64,000 nucleotides of DNA from NCBI GenBank assembly GCA_963742165.1, contig CAVUKX010000017.1, forward strand, positions 110,698 through 174,697, read 5' to 3'. A model generated the notes under the pieces. The model saw nothing but the letters and a program-made list of their open reading frames with translations, searched no databases and was not told the origin of the DNA. Positions within the stretch are counted from its first letter, which is position 1; each line of letters begins with the position of its first letter. Source of the stretch: an uncultured Acidobacteriota bacterium (GTDB lineage Bacteria; Acidobacteriota; Terriglobia; Terriglobales; Acidobacteriaceae). Shown here piece after piece: positions 36,524 through 45,367 of the stretch. The position numbers and the translations under genes were made by a program.

Positions 36524-39115
36524 CTACGAGAGCGACATCGCGTCCACGTCCACGATGATATGGGTGCGCGGAATCTTCTGCTGCCCGGCGGCGGCGAGCA
36601 TGGTGCGGAGCACGGAGTTCAGGCGCTCGCGGCTGGCGGCCTTGAGCACAAAATGGAAGCGGTAATCTTTCTTGAGGCGCACGATGGGCGCGGGCGCGGG
36701 GCCCATGACGCGCACGCCCTCGTGGCGCACCTGCTCAAACCATCGGCCCAGCAGGCCAGCGTAGCGCAGGGCTTCTTCCTGCTTGTCGCTGCGCACCACG
36801 ATGTTGGCCAGCGCATCGAAGGGCGGATAGTGCATCCAGCCGCGGAAGCGCAGCTCCTTTTCGGCAAAGCCCTGATAGTCGTGGGCGGCGGCAAATTGTA
36901 CGGCGTAGTGGTCCGGGAAATGGGTCTGCAGTAAAACCTTGCCCAGCATCTCGCCGCGTCCGGCGCGGCCCGCCACCTGCGTTAACAGTTGGAAGGTGCG
37001 CTCGGCGGCGCGAAAGTCCGGCAGGCCGAGGGCGCTGTCGGCGCCGACCACGCCCACCAGCGTGACGCCGTGCACGTCGTGTCCTTTGGCGATCATCTGG
37101 GTTCCGATGAGCAGGTCGATTTCGCCGGACTGGAACTCGCTCAACATGCGCTCGAAGTCGGCGTGGCCGCGCACGGTGTCGCGATCCATGCGTCCGATGC
37201 GCGCGGTGGGAAAGGCGGCGTGCAAAAGGTCTTCGAGCTTTTCCGAGCCGGTGCCGAGGAACTGCACGTACTCGCTGCCGCACTTGGGGCAAGTCTTGGG
37301 CACCGGCTGCTGGAATCCGCAATAGTGGCAGAGCAGGCGCTGCCGGCTTTTGTGATAGGTCATGGCCACGGCGCAGTCGCGGCACTGCACGGTATCGCCG
37401 CAGCTGCGGCACATGACCCAGGCCGAGTAGCCGCGGCGGTTGAGCAGGATCATGGCCTGCTCGCCGCGCTCCAGGCGCTCTGCGGTTTCTTCCATCAGCT
37501 TGCGGGAGAGCACGCTCTCCTTGCCGGTCTGCTGGAACTCGGCGCGCATGTCCACCAGTTCGACCTCGGGCAGGGGACGCTCCGCAACGCGTCCGGGCAG
37601 TTCGATGAGCGCGTAGCGACCGCGCGTAGCGTTGTGGAAGCTCTCCAGCGAGGGCGTGGCCGAGCCCAGCACCACCGTGGCGTTCAGGGCCTTGGCCCGC
37701 ATCACGGCAACATCGCGTCCGTGATAGCGCGGCGTCTCCTCCTGTTTGTAACTGTTGTCGTGCTCCTCGTCGACGATGATGAGCGCGAGGTCGCGCACCG
37801 GGGCGAAGATTGCGGAACGCGTGCCGACGGCGATGCGCGCTTCGCCGCGACGGATGCGGTGCCACTGCTCGGCACGTTCGTCGTCGCTGAGCGAGCTGTG
37901 CAGAATGGCGATCTCATCGCCGAAGATGTTGTGCAGGTCGGCGGCGACGCCGGGGGTGAGTCCGATCTCCGGGACCAGAAGAATGGAGCCGCGCCCCGCG
38001 GCGAGCACCGACTGCATGGCCGCAAGATACACCGCCGTTTTGCCGGAGCCGGTGACGCCGTGCAGCAGCGCCACCTTGAAAGTGTGCGCCTCAACGCTGC
38101 CGCGAATCTCGCGCAAGGCGGATTGCTGGCCGGGGGTGAACTGGAACTCCAGGATGGTGCGCGGCTTCATCTGGGGCACGGCGCGTGCGGCGGACTCCTC
38201 GACGATCTCCACCAGCTCGTGGCGCACCAAAGTTTTTAAAGAGCTTGGCGAACAGCCAGCTTCGCGCAGTTCCTCCAGCGGCAGGCGGCCCTGCGATTGG
38301 CGGAGGAGATCCACGATGCGCTGCTGCGCGGCATTCAGTTTGTGACCAGCGCCTGCGGCCGGCCCTGCGCCGCCGGCTGGCAGCGGAGCGTTACCCGTCT
38401 GGCCATCGCATAACTCATCGCGTAGCGCTTCTCGCAACACTTCGCGCAGCACCACGATCTTGGCCAGTCTTCGCGCGTCGCGCACGCCGGAGAGGTCTTC
38501 GCGGACAATCCATTTTTTTTGCAGCAGCGTGCGCAGCACCTCGCGCGAGGCGCCGGTCGCGGTGCGCAGGCGCTCTTCGCGCAGCAGGTCGCCCTCGGCC
38601 AGTGCGTCCAGCACGGCGTATTCGCTCATCTGGTGGTCGGGATTTTTTTGGGAGCGGCGGGAGGAGCCGATGTCGGCGGACTGGTAGAGCGCCTCGGTGC
38701 CCAGCTCGGTGATGCGGTAGCCGAAGGCCTGGCGGAACTCGGCCTGCAAGGGCAACATGCTGCGATAGACTTCGCCCAGCGGCGCCAGATAGTACTGCGC
38801 GATCCAGCGGCCAAGGGCGAGCAGGCTTTCGTCCAGAACAGGGAGCGTGTCGAGCACCTGCAGCACGCGCTTAATGTTGCGCGTGGCGGGAGGCTCGCGA
38901 TGGATGCGGGTGACGATGCCGGAGAGTTTTTTCTCCGCGCCACGGCCAAAGGGAACGACCACACGCCCGCCTACGACGGGTTCAAGTTCGCCGGCTTCGT
39001 AGGTGAAGATTGCGTCGAGTGGCACCGGCAACGCAACGTCGCAAAAAATGCGGGAATCGGGAACAACAGATTCGGGCAGCAGCGAGCCTTGCTGGGGCTC
39101 GGGTGGGGTGTCCAT
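36524..39115 (-). CDS. priA: Primosomal protein N' (replication restart helicase PriA)
   Basis: Trimmed to ATG 39115 (TGATG overlap with the udg stop). LLHGVTGSGKTAVYL, IIVDEEHD, Cys-rich Zn region CRSCGDTVQCRDCAVAMTYH...LLCHYCG..CPKCGS, GTQMIAKGHD, QVAGRAGR. Confidence 0.9.
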   Translation of the reverse strand: MDTPPEPQQGSLLPESVVPDSRIFCDVALPVPLDAIFTYEAGELEPVVGGRVVVPFGRGAEKKLSGIVTRIHREPPATRNIKRVLQVLDTLPVLDESLLALGRWIAQYYLAPLGEVYRSMLPLQAEFRQAFGYRITELGTEALYQSADIGSSRRSQKNPDHQMSEYAVLDALAEGDLLREERLRTATGASREVLRTLLQKKWIVREDLSGVRDARRLAKIVVLREVLREALRDELCDGQTGNAPLPAGGAGPAAGAGHKLNAAQQRIVDLLRQSQGRLPLEELREAGCSPSSLKTLVRHELVEIVEESAARAVPQMKPRTILEFQFTPGQQSALREIRGSVEAHTFKVALLHGVTGSGKTAVYLAAMQSVLAAGRGSILLVPEIGLTPGVAADLHNIFGDEIAILHSSLSDDERAEQWHRIRRGEARIAVGTRSAIFAPVRDLALIIVDEEHDNSYKQEETPRYHGRDVAVMRAKALNATVVLGSATPSLESFHNATRGRYALIELPGRVAERPLPEVELVDMRAEFQQTGKESVLSRKLMEETAERLERGEQAMILLNRRGYSAWVMCRSCGDTVQCRDCAVAMTYHKSRQRLLCHYCGFQQPVPKTCPKCGSEYVQFLGTGSEKLEDLLHAAFPTARIGRMDRDTVRGHADFERMLSEFQSGEIDLLIGTQMIAKGHDVHGVTLVGVVGADSALGLPDFRAAERTFQLLTQVAGRAGRGEMLGKVLLQTHFPDHYAVQFAAAHDYQGFAEKELRFRGWMHYPPFDALANIVVRSDKQEEALRYAGLLGRWFEQVRHEGVRVMGPAPAPIVRLKKDYRFHFVLKAASRERLNSVLRTMLAAAGQQKIPRTHIIVDVDAMSLS
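38365..38397. repeat. Copy of the GGGTAACGC..GCTGCC repeat family inside priA
   Basis: CTGCGCCGCCGGCTGGCAGCGGAGCGTTACCCG. By hand alignment, 29 of 33 nt are identical to the udg copy. Translated as ..TGNAPLPAGGAG.. Confidence 0.75.
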
Positions 39116-39978
39116 CAGGCCTCGGGATTGCGCTTGGGCAGCGGCATTCCCAGGTACTTCATCACGATCTGCAGGTCGAGCCACGTTTCTTTCTTCTGGC
39201 GCGGATCGCGCAGCAGGTAGGCGGGATGGTAGGTGACGACCAGTTTGGTGGCAAAGTCCGGGTCGCGCTCCGGCGCCTCTGGCGGCAACATGGCGTGGCG
39301 CGCGGGTTGGAAGTCGTAGACGTGTCCACGCAGGTTCGCCATCGAGTCGTTGGCGGAGAGAAGAAACTTGGCCGCCGTGGCGCCCAGCGCCACGATGATC
39401 TCCGGACGCACCGCCAGAATCTGGCGCATGAGGTAGGGGCCGCAGGTCGCGCACTCATCGGGCTCCGGAGCGCGATTTTTCGGCGGGCGGCACTTGACCA
39501 CGTTGCCGATGTAGACGTCCTCGCGCCGGATTCCCATTGCCTGAATCATGTTGTTGAGCAGTTGTCCGGCGCGTCCCACAAAGGGCTCGCCCTGCTCGTC
39601 TTCATCCGCGCCCGGGCCCTCGCCGACAAAGAAGATGCGTGCGTGCGGATCGCCCACGCCAAAGACAATGTTGGTTCGCTCCTGGCACAGCTTGCAGCGG
39701 GTGCAGTCGCCAATGTCTTCGCGGATCACGCGGAGAGCCTCTGCGCCCGCGGCCGGCAGCGCAGCGTTACCCGACACAGCGCCCGCAGGCGCAGAGGCGT
39801 ACCCGTCAGCAACCGTGGGCTCCTCGATACTCGCCAGTTCTTCGCGCACGATGGTCTGCCCAAAGCTCACGCCTTCGGGCACCTCGCGGCGGTAGAGATC
39901 GTAGATGCCGAGGTCGCGATAGTAGCGCACGGTGGCAGCGACGGCCTTCCTGCTTTGCTCGTCCAGAATTTTTGCCAT
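39115..39978 (-). CDS. Uracil-DNA glycosylase, family 4 (Fe-S type)
   Basis: [53 protein letters not shown]...[12 protein letters not shown]. Confidence 0.85.
   Translation of the reverse strand: MAKILDEQSRKAVAATVRYYRDLGIYDLYRREVPEGVSFGQTIVREELASIEEPTVADGYASAPAGAVSGNAALPAAGAEALRVIREDIGDCTRCKLCQERTNIVFGVGDPHARIFFVGEGPGADEDEQGEPFVGRAGQLLNNMIQAMGIRREDVYIGNVVKCRPPKNRAPEPDECATCGPYLMRQILAVRPEIIVALGATAAKFLLSANDSMANLRGHVYDFQPARHAMLPPEAPERDPDFATKLVVTYHPAYLLRDPRQKKETWLDLQIVMKYLGMPLPKRNPEA
39742..39772. repeat. Exact 31-nt copy (reverse complement of 28568..28598) inside the udg coding sequence
   Basis: TGCGCCCGCGGCCGGCAGCGCAGCGTTACCC, translated on the minus strand as [10 protein letters not shown] within the N-terminal extension of UDG. 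Confidence 0.9.
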
Positions 39979-39980
39979 GG

Positions 39981-41216
39981 TTATGCGGGCACCTTGGGAG
40001 TCTTCTGCTTCGTCCGCATTTTCACGATCTCGTCGAGCACCCGGCCGGCCATCTCCGCCTTGCTCATCTCGGCGATCACCGTGGTCGCATCGGCGGTAAT
40101 GATTTCGCCCGCGTTGCGCTCGGAGCCGAAGCCGAGGCCGGGGCGCGAGACATCGTTGAGCACGATGGCGTCCAGCTGTTTGCGCTCCAGTTTGCGGCGC
40201 GCGTTCTCAGTGAGGTTCTCTGTCTCGGCGGCAAAGCCGATAAGAAGCTGGCCCGGCGCGCGGCGCGAACTCAACTCGGCGAGGATGTCTTCAGTGGGGC
40301 GAAGGGAAAGGTTCATTTCACCTTTGCGCTTGATCTTTTGCTCAGCGACTTCGGCGGGAGTGAAGTCGGAAACCGCCGCCGCCATGATGGTGATGCTGGC
40401 GCGTCCGAAGCGCTCCAGCAGAGCCTGGCGCATCTGCGCGCAGCTCTCGACGGAGACAAACTCCTCGACCGCGGGAGCCGCGAGCGCGGTCGGCCCGCTG
40501 ACCAGCGTGACCTGCGCTCCGCGCCGCAGTGCGGCCTCGGCGAGGGCATAGCCCATCTTGCCGCTGGAGCGGTTGCCGAGGAAGCGCACCGGGTCGATGG
40601 CTTCATAGGTGGGGCCGGCGGAGATCAGAATGTGCTCGCCCTTGAGGTCCTGCGATTGGGCGTCCTGTGATTGCAGCAGGCGCGCCGCGAGCGCTTCGAC
40701 GATTACGTCCGTGTCCGCCAGGCGGCCTTCGCCGGTCATGCCGCAGGCTAAATAACCTTCGCCGGGCTCGACCACGGTGACGCCGCGGGCGCGCAGGGTT
40801 TCGAGATTGGCCTGCGTGGCCGGGTGACGCCACATGTTGACGTTCATCGCGGGAGCAACGACAACCGGGGCCAGGGTGGCGAGGTAGAGCGTGGAGAGAA
40901 AATCTTCGGCCAGGCCGTGGGCAAAGCGCGACAGGGTTGCCGCCGTCGCGGGCGCCACCAGGAGGGCGTCAATGGACTGCGCCACGCCGATGTGCTCCAC
41001 CGAGGAGTCGAGGGTGGAGTTGGAGTCGCGCTGGGAGAACATTTCGGTGATGACCTTTTCGCCGGTGAGGGCGGCAAAGGTGAGCGGGCGGACGAACTCC
41101 TGCGCGGAGGCGGTCATGACGACCTGCACGGTGAAGCCGCGCTCCTGCAGGCGGCGCGCGATGTCGGCGGCCTTGTATGCGGCGATGCCGCCTGTGACTC
41201 CCAGTGCGATTTTCAT
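39981..41216 (-). CDS. coaBC: Bifunctional phosphopantothenoylcysteine decarboxylase / phosphopantothenate-cysteine ligase
   Basis: Trimmed to ATG 41216: MKIALGVTGGIAAYKAADIARRL..., PAMNVNMW, ISAGPTYEAIDPVRFLGNRSSGKMG. Confidence 0.9.
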   Translation of the reverse strand: MKIALGVTGGIAAYKAADIARRLQERGFTVQVVMTASAQEFVRPLTFAALTGEKVITEMFSQRDSNSTLDSSVEHIGVAQSIDALLVAPATAATLSRFAHGLAEDFLSTLYLATLAPVVVAPAMNVNMWRHPATQANLETLRARGVTVVEPGEGYLACGMTGEGRLADTDVIVEALAARLLQSQDAQSQDLKGEHILISAGPTYEAIDPVRFLGNRSSGKMGYALAEAALRRGAQVTLVSGPTALAAPAVEEFVSVESCAQMRQALLERFGRASITIMAAAVSDFTPAEVAEQKIKRKGEMNLSLRPTEDILAELSSRRAPGQLLIGFAAETENLTENARRKLERKQLDAIVLNDVSRPGLGFGSERNAGEIITADATTVIAEMSKAEMAGRVLDEIVKMRTKQKTPKVPA

Positions 41217-41328
41217 GATTCGTGTCTTCAGATGGCCCAGTTTGAGGAAGCCCTGTCTCCGATGGATTCGATGCGCGCGCACGCAGCTTCGATTGCGTTG
41301 GAAGCTCCAGCGCTTTGCGCCTCCACTT

Positions 41329-41410
41329 CCCCACTCAAGCCAAAAGATGGCTTCCACCCCAGCAAGCCAACTACGCGCTTGCTGGGGACCCCGGCTTGAA
41401 TGGGCCACCC
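41329..41410. repeat. REP-like palindrome, family B, long (compound) form
   Basis: Near-identical to 23196..23277, differing at a few bases by eye. Lies between rpoZ and coaBC. Confidence 0.8.
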
Positions 41411-41478
41411 GTCGGATTGCTTCCCACCTTAGCCGCGCAAAAGCAGCGCGTCGAAGGTGGGGCACCCGTCGTCAGCTT

Positions 41479-41697
41479 TTAGGCTGCGCCGGTCTTGGAA
41501 TCCAGCGGCTCGACCAGCCGCAGGGGCGTGGTTTCCCACTTTACCTTGTCGGCCTGCAGCTCTTCGGCGGCGATGCGGCAGGGCTTGGTGGAAGCCGTGG
41601 CGACCAGTGGGAGTGCGCCGGACTGCAACTGACGCGCGCGGCGCGCGGCTACTAAAATGTACCGGTAATTGCTGTCGAACCCGCTGTAGAGATCCAC
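41479..41697 (-). CDS. rpoZ: DNA-directed RNA polymerase omega subunit
   Basis: NYRYILVAARRARQLQSG motif; 72 aa; canonical gmk-rpoZ adjacency. Confidence 0.85.
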   Translation of the reverse strand: MDLYSGFDSNYRYILVAARRARQLQSGALPLVATASTKPCRIAAEELQADKVKWETTPLRLVEPLDSKTGAA

Positions 41698-41719
41698 GTT
41701 CGTACCTCCAGTGAATTAC

Positions 41720-42409
41720 TCAGTTCTTGCGAAAGCTTTCCAGAATGGGCCCAAGACCTGGCCGCACGTGTTCCAGCCTGCGGCTCTCCGCCAGTTCGAC
41801 GAGCTTCTGTTCGTCGGCCCGCTCCGGCTCCCTGCCGGCGGCGCGGAGCCGCTCGGTGAGGATGATCGCCTTCAGCGAGTCGATCGAATCGTCTAATTGG
41901 TCGTTTACCAGAATGTAATCGTATTCCGTATATTTTTCAATCTCCCGCTTGGCGGTATCCAGGCGACGCAGGAGTTTGGCCTCGTCGGTCATGCGTTCAG
42001 CGGCGCTGCGGCGGCGCAGACGTTTCTCCAACTCCTGCTTGGTGGGAGGCAGAATGAAGATGCTGATCGCCTCCGGAATGCTGGCCTGCAGCTGCGAGGC
42101 GCCTTGCACGTCGATATCCAGCAGCAGGTCGTTGCCGCGCACGATGGCATCATCCAGAAACTTCTTGGCCGTGCCGTAGTAGTCGCCGAAGACGTCGGCG
42201 TATTCGAGGAATTCGCCGCGGGCGATCATGCGCTCGAAGACCTCGCGCCGGGTGTAGTAGTAGTCGCGGCCGTCTTCCTCGCTGCCGCGCGGCGGGCGGG
42301 TGGTGTAGGAAACGGAGAATTCGAGCCGGTCCACCAGCCGCTTGATGGCCGTAACCAACGTCGATTTACCGCTGCCCGAGGGCGCTGAGATGATGAAGAC
42401 GAGAGTCAT
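41720..42409 (-). CDS. gmk: Guanylate kinase
   Basis: IISAPSGSGKSTLV, SYTTRPPRGSEEDGRDYYY, FLEYADVFGDYYGT. Confidence 0.9.
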   Translation of the reverse strand: MTLVFIISAPSGSGKSTLVTAIKRLVDRLEFSVSYTTRPPRGSEEDGRDYYYTRREVFERMIARGEFLEYADVFGDYYGTAKKFLDDAIVRGNDLLLDIDVQGASQLQASIPEAISIFILPPTKQELEKRLRRRSAAERMTDEAKLLRRLDTAKREIEKYTEYDYILVNDQLDDSIDSLKAIILTERLRAAGREPERADEQKLVELAESRRLEHVRPGLGPILESFRKN

Positions 42410-43293
42410 TCGACGTTTTGCACCTGTTCGCGGGATTTTTCAATGTCGCTTTTCAGTGCCAGGCCCAGCTCGGTGATGCGCATGGCGTCGCCGGCAAGGC
42501 CGCTGGTTTTGGAGAGCATGGTGTTGGCCTCGCGGTTCATCTCCTGGAGCAGGAAATCGAGTTTCTTGCCGACATCTTCGCCCTCTTCCAGCAGGCTGCG
42601 GAAGTGGCGAATGTGGGTCATCATGCGCACGATCTCCTCCTGCACGTCGCTGCGCTCGGCCAGCATCGCCGCCTCCTGCAGAATGCGGTCGGGCTCGGCC
42701 TTGCCTTCGAGCAGCTCCGCCATGCGCGCGCGGATGCGCTCCAGGTGGGCGGCCAGCACGGTGCCCCGGAGCTTTTCCACCTCGGCGGTGTTGCGCTCCA
42801 GCTGATCCATGCGCGCCTCAAGCTCGGCGCAGGTGTGGTCGCCTTCCAGACGCCGGTTGACGTTGAGCAAGTCGATCAGCTCGGCAGCGGCAGACGCCAG
42901 CGACTCCTGCAACTCGGCCTCGTCCGGCATTTCGCTGGAGGCCAGAAATACGCCGCTGAGGCGGAAGATGGCATTCAGGTCGGGCTCGCCGTGCAGGTCG
43001 AGATCGCCGGAGAGCGCGCGGAAGGCCTTGACGTAGCCGGAAACCAGTTCCTGATTGATGCTGAGCCCGGTGGCTCCCGCGTACTCCAGGCTCAGGGAGA
43101 CTTCCACGTGGCCGCGGTGCATTTTCTCCTTGAAGAGCTTGCGCAGCCGCTGCTCGAAGAGCTCCGATCTTCCCGGCAGGCGCAGATGCAGGTCCAGGAA
43201 GCGATGGTTCACCGACTTGGCGGTGAAGGTGTAGCCGGTTTTTCCGTGCTGGCCCTTGAGTTGGGCAAAGCCGGTCATGGAGCGAATCGCCAT
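42406..43293 (-). CDS. yicC: YicC/YloC-family stress-induced protein (endoribonuclease)
   Basis: MAIRSMTGFA...SVNHRFLDLHLRLP... and C-terminal ..EMNREANTMLSK..., ..REQVQNVE. Confidence 0.85.
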   Translation of the reverse strand: MAIRSMTGFAQLKGQHGKTGYTFTAKSVNHRFLDLHLRLPGRSELFEQRLRKLFKEKMHRGHVEVSLSLEYAGATGLSINQELVSGYVKAFRALSGDLDLHGEPDLNAIFRLSGVFLASSEMPDEAELQESLASAAAELIDLLNVNRRLEGDHTCAELEARMDQLERNTAEVEKLRGTVLAAHLERIRARMAELLEGKAEPDRILQEAAMLAERSDVQEEIVRMMTHIRHFRSLLEEGEDVGKKLDFLLQEMNREANTMLSKTSGLAGDAMRITELGLALKSDIEKSREQVQNVE

Positions 43294-43295
43294 AG

Positions 43296-45227
43296 TTATA
43301 CTCCGCTTCCTTCCTCGTGGGTGACGGGCTGCTGGGTCGCATCCACGTCCACAAACTGCAGCTCATAGAGACGGCGATAGGTGCCCAGCCGCGACAGCAG
43401 ATCCTCGTGCGTACCCTGGTCGGCGATGGCGCCATGTTCCAGCACAAGAATGCGGTCGGCGCGGCGCACGGTGGAGAGGCGGTGGGCGATGACGAAGACG
43501 GTGCGGCCGGTCATCAGGTTCTGCAGCGCGGCCTGCACCAGTGCTTCGCTTTCGGAATCGAGCGCCGAGGTGGCTTCGTCCAGGATCAGAATCGGCGCGT
43601 TTTTGAGCAGGGCGCGGGCGATGCTGAGGCGCTGGCGCTCGCCGCCGGAGAGGCGGAAGCCGCGCTCGCCGACCACCGTGTCATAACCCTGGGGCATCCG
43701 CCGGATGAAATCGTGGGCCAGCGCCGCCTGGGCCGCGCGCTCCACGTCCTGTTGCGAGACGTTGGGCTGGCCGTAGGCGATGTTGTTGCGCACCGTGTCG
43801 TTGAACAGCATGGTCTCCTGCGCCACGATGCCGATCTGGCTGCGCAGCGAGGCCAGAGAGAGATCGCGAATGTCGATGCCGTCTACCAGGATGCGTCCGC
43901 CGGTGACGTCGAAAAAGCGCGGAATCAGGTGCACCATGGTGGACTTGCCCGCGCCGCTGCCGCCGACGATTGCCAACAGTTCGCCGGCCTTCACCTCGAG
44001 GTCGATGCCCTTGAGCACTTCGCGCGTGTCGGCCTGTGCGCCCGCGGCCGGAGCGGCAGCAGTAGCCGCGTACCCGACTGTGCCCGCGACTGGCGCGGCC
44101 GGAGCTACGCCGCCGTAGGAGAAGCGCACGTTCTCGAAGCGAATGGAGTCGTGGAAGGCGCCGAGCTTCTGCGGATGTTCCTTCTCGCGCACCTCGTCCT
44201 TGGCGTCCATGAATTTGAAGACCTGCTCGGAGGCCCCCAAGGCCTGCTGGAAGCTGTTGTAGAAGCCGGCAAACTTACGCACCGGCTGATAGAGACTCAT
44301 GGTGGCAACGATGAAGGTCATGAAGTCGCCCATGGTCATCTGGCCGTGGTTGATGCTGTCGCGTCCCAGCTTGAGCAGCAGGGCGATGGCCACCGCGCCG
44401 AGCAGGTCCATGAGCGGAGAGCTGACCGCCATGGCCACCACGTAGTGCATGTTGGCCGAGAACAGGCGCTTGGCCGCCGCCTTGAAGCGCGTGGTCTCCC
44501 AGAGCTCCATGCTGAAGGCCTTGACGATGCGATGGCCGGTGATGGTTTCGTGCAGGATGTTCTGGATCTCGGCCAGCTTGTCTTGCCCGCGACGCGTGGT
44601 GCCGCGCACCTGGCGTCCGATTTTGCGCGAGCTGACCATGATGACCGGCACGAACATCAGCAGAATCCACGCCAGCTTGCCTCCGGCTTCGACGACCAGC
44701 GCGGCGGTGAACAGGAAGATGAAGAACTGCTGCAGGAACTCCGCCAGCACGCTCGACATGGCGAACTGCACCTTGTCGATGTCGTTGATAATGGCCGAGA
44801 CCAGCGTGCCGGTGGGATGCTTCTGGAAGAAGGCGGCGGAGCGGCGCAGCACGCTGCCGTAAATCTCATTGCGCAGATCGGTGACCAGCCCGAAGCCGGC
44901 GTAGTTCACCAGGTAGGTGCCGCAATAGTCGAAGATTCCCTTAAGGAAGACCGAGGCGACCAGCGCAAAGGCCACCACGGTCCACGGATTGTGGAAGTGG
45001 TGGGGGACGAGATTTTCCAGATAGATGGTGTAGTTGGTGTGGGGGATCCGGATGAGCGCCATCGAGCGCCCCGGCACCTCCGGCGTCAGCACGCGGTCGA
45101 AGATGGGACGGAACAGAGCCAGGCGGAAGGCTTCCAGAATGCCGACCAGCGAAAACAGCACCACGCTGCCAAATAGCTGGAGCCAGTAGGGCCGGACATA
45201 CCACATCAGACGAATCAGTCGGCGCAT
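43296..45227 (-). CDS. ABC exporter, fused permease/ATPase (MsbA-like lipid exporter)
   Basis: Six-TM N-terminal half, then an NBD: GGSGAGKST, LSGGERQRLSIARAL, ILILDEATSALD, IAHRLST. Carries about 25 extra residues (VAPAAPVAGTVGYAATAAAPAAGAQ) between the F.Y strand and Walker A. Confidence 0.85.
   Translation of the reverse strand: MRRLIRLMWYVRPYWLQLFGSVVLFSLVGILEAFRLALFRPIFDRVLTPEVPGRSMALIRIPHTNYTIYLENLVPHHFHNPWTVVAFALVASVFLKGIFDYCGTYLVNYAGFGLVTDLRNEIYGSVLRRSAAFFQKHPTGTLVSAIINDIDKVQFAMSSVLAEFLQQFFIFLFTAALVVEAGGKLAWILLMFVPVIMVSSRKIGRQVRGTTRRGQDKLAEIQNILHETITGHRIVKAFSMELWETTRFKAAAKRLFSANMHYVVAMAVSSPLMDLLGAVAIALLLKLGRDSINHGQMTMGDFMTFIVATMSLYQPVRKFAGFYNSFQQALGASEQVFKFMDAKDEVREKEHPQKLGAFHDSIRFENVRFSYGGVAPAAPVAGTVGYAATAAAPAAGAQADTREVLKGIDLEVKAGELLAIVGGSGAGKSTMVHLIPRFFDVTGGRILVDGIDIRDLSLASLRSQIGIVAQETMLFNDTVRNNIAYGQPNVSQQDVERAAQAALAHDFIRRMPQGYDTVVGERGFRLSGGERQRLSIARALLKNAPILILDEATSALDSESEALVQAALQNLMTGRTVFVIAHRLSTVRRADRILVLEHGAIADQGTHEDLLSRLGTYRRLYELQFVDVDATQQPVTHEEGSGV
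44037..44078. repeat. Expanded/degenerate copy of the GGGTAACGC..GCTGCC repeat family inside the msbA-like NBD
   Basis: TGCGCCCGCGGCCGG (15 nt identical to the udg copy) ...GCCGCGTACCCGAC. Read in the same frame as GYAATAAAPAAGA. Confidence 0.65.
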
Positions 45228-45367
45228 AACCTACTCAATAGACTGCGGCCGACCCGGCTTGGAAAGTTGGGTGTCAAGTCTTGATTCTACGCCTTTTAGC
45301 GAACCTACCTCCACCTGCACCGTTAGGACTTAGGAGGCCGATTCGTATGACCCCGAAACTGGTATCC

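Noticed and set aside
41217-41465. N-terminal extension of the CoaBC ORF (and likewise 26833..26886 for the M61 peptidase)
   Set aside because: The extensions are translations of REP elements. Canonical N-termini with RBSs begin at 41216 and 26832.
43317-45176. 619-aa plus-strand ORF
   Set aside because: Antisense shadow of the MsbA-like ABC transporter gene.
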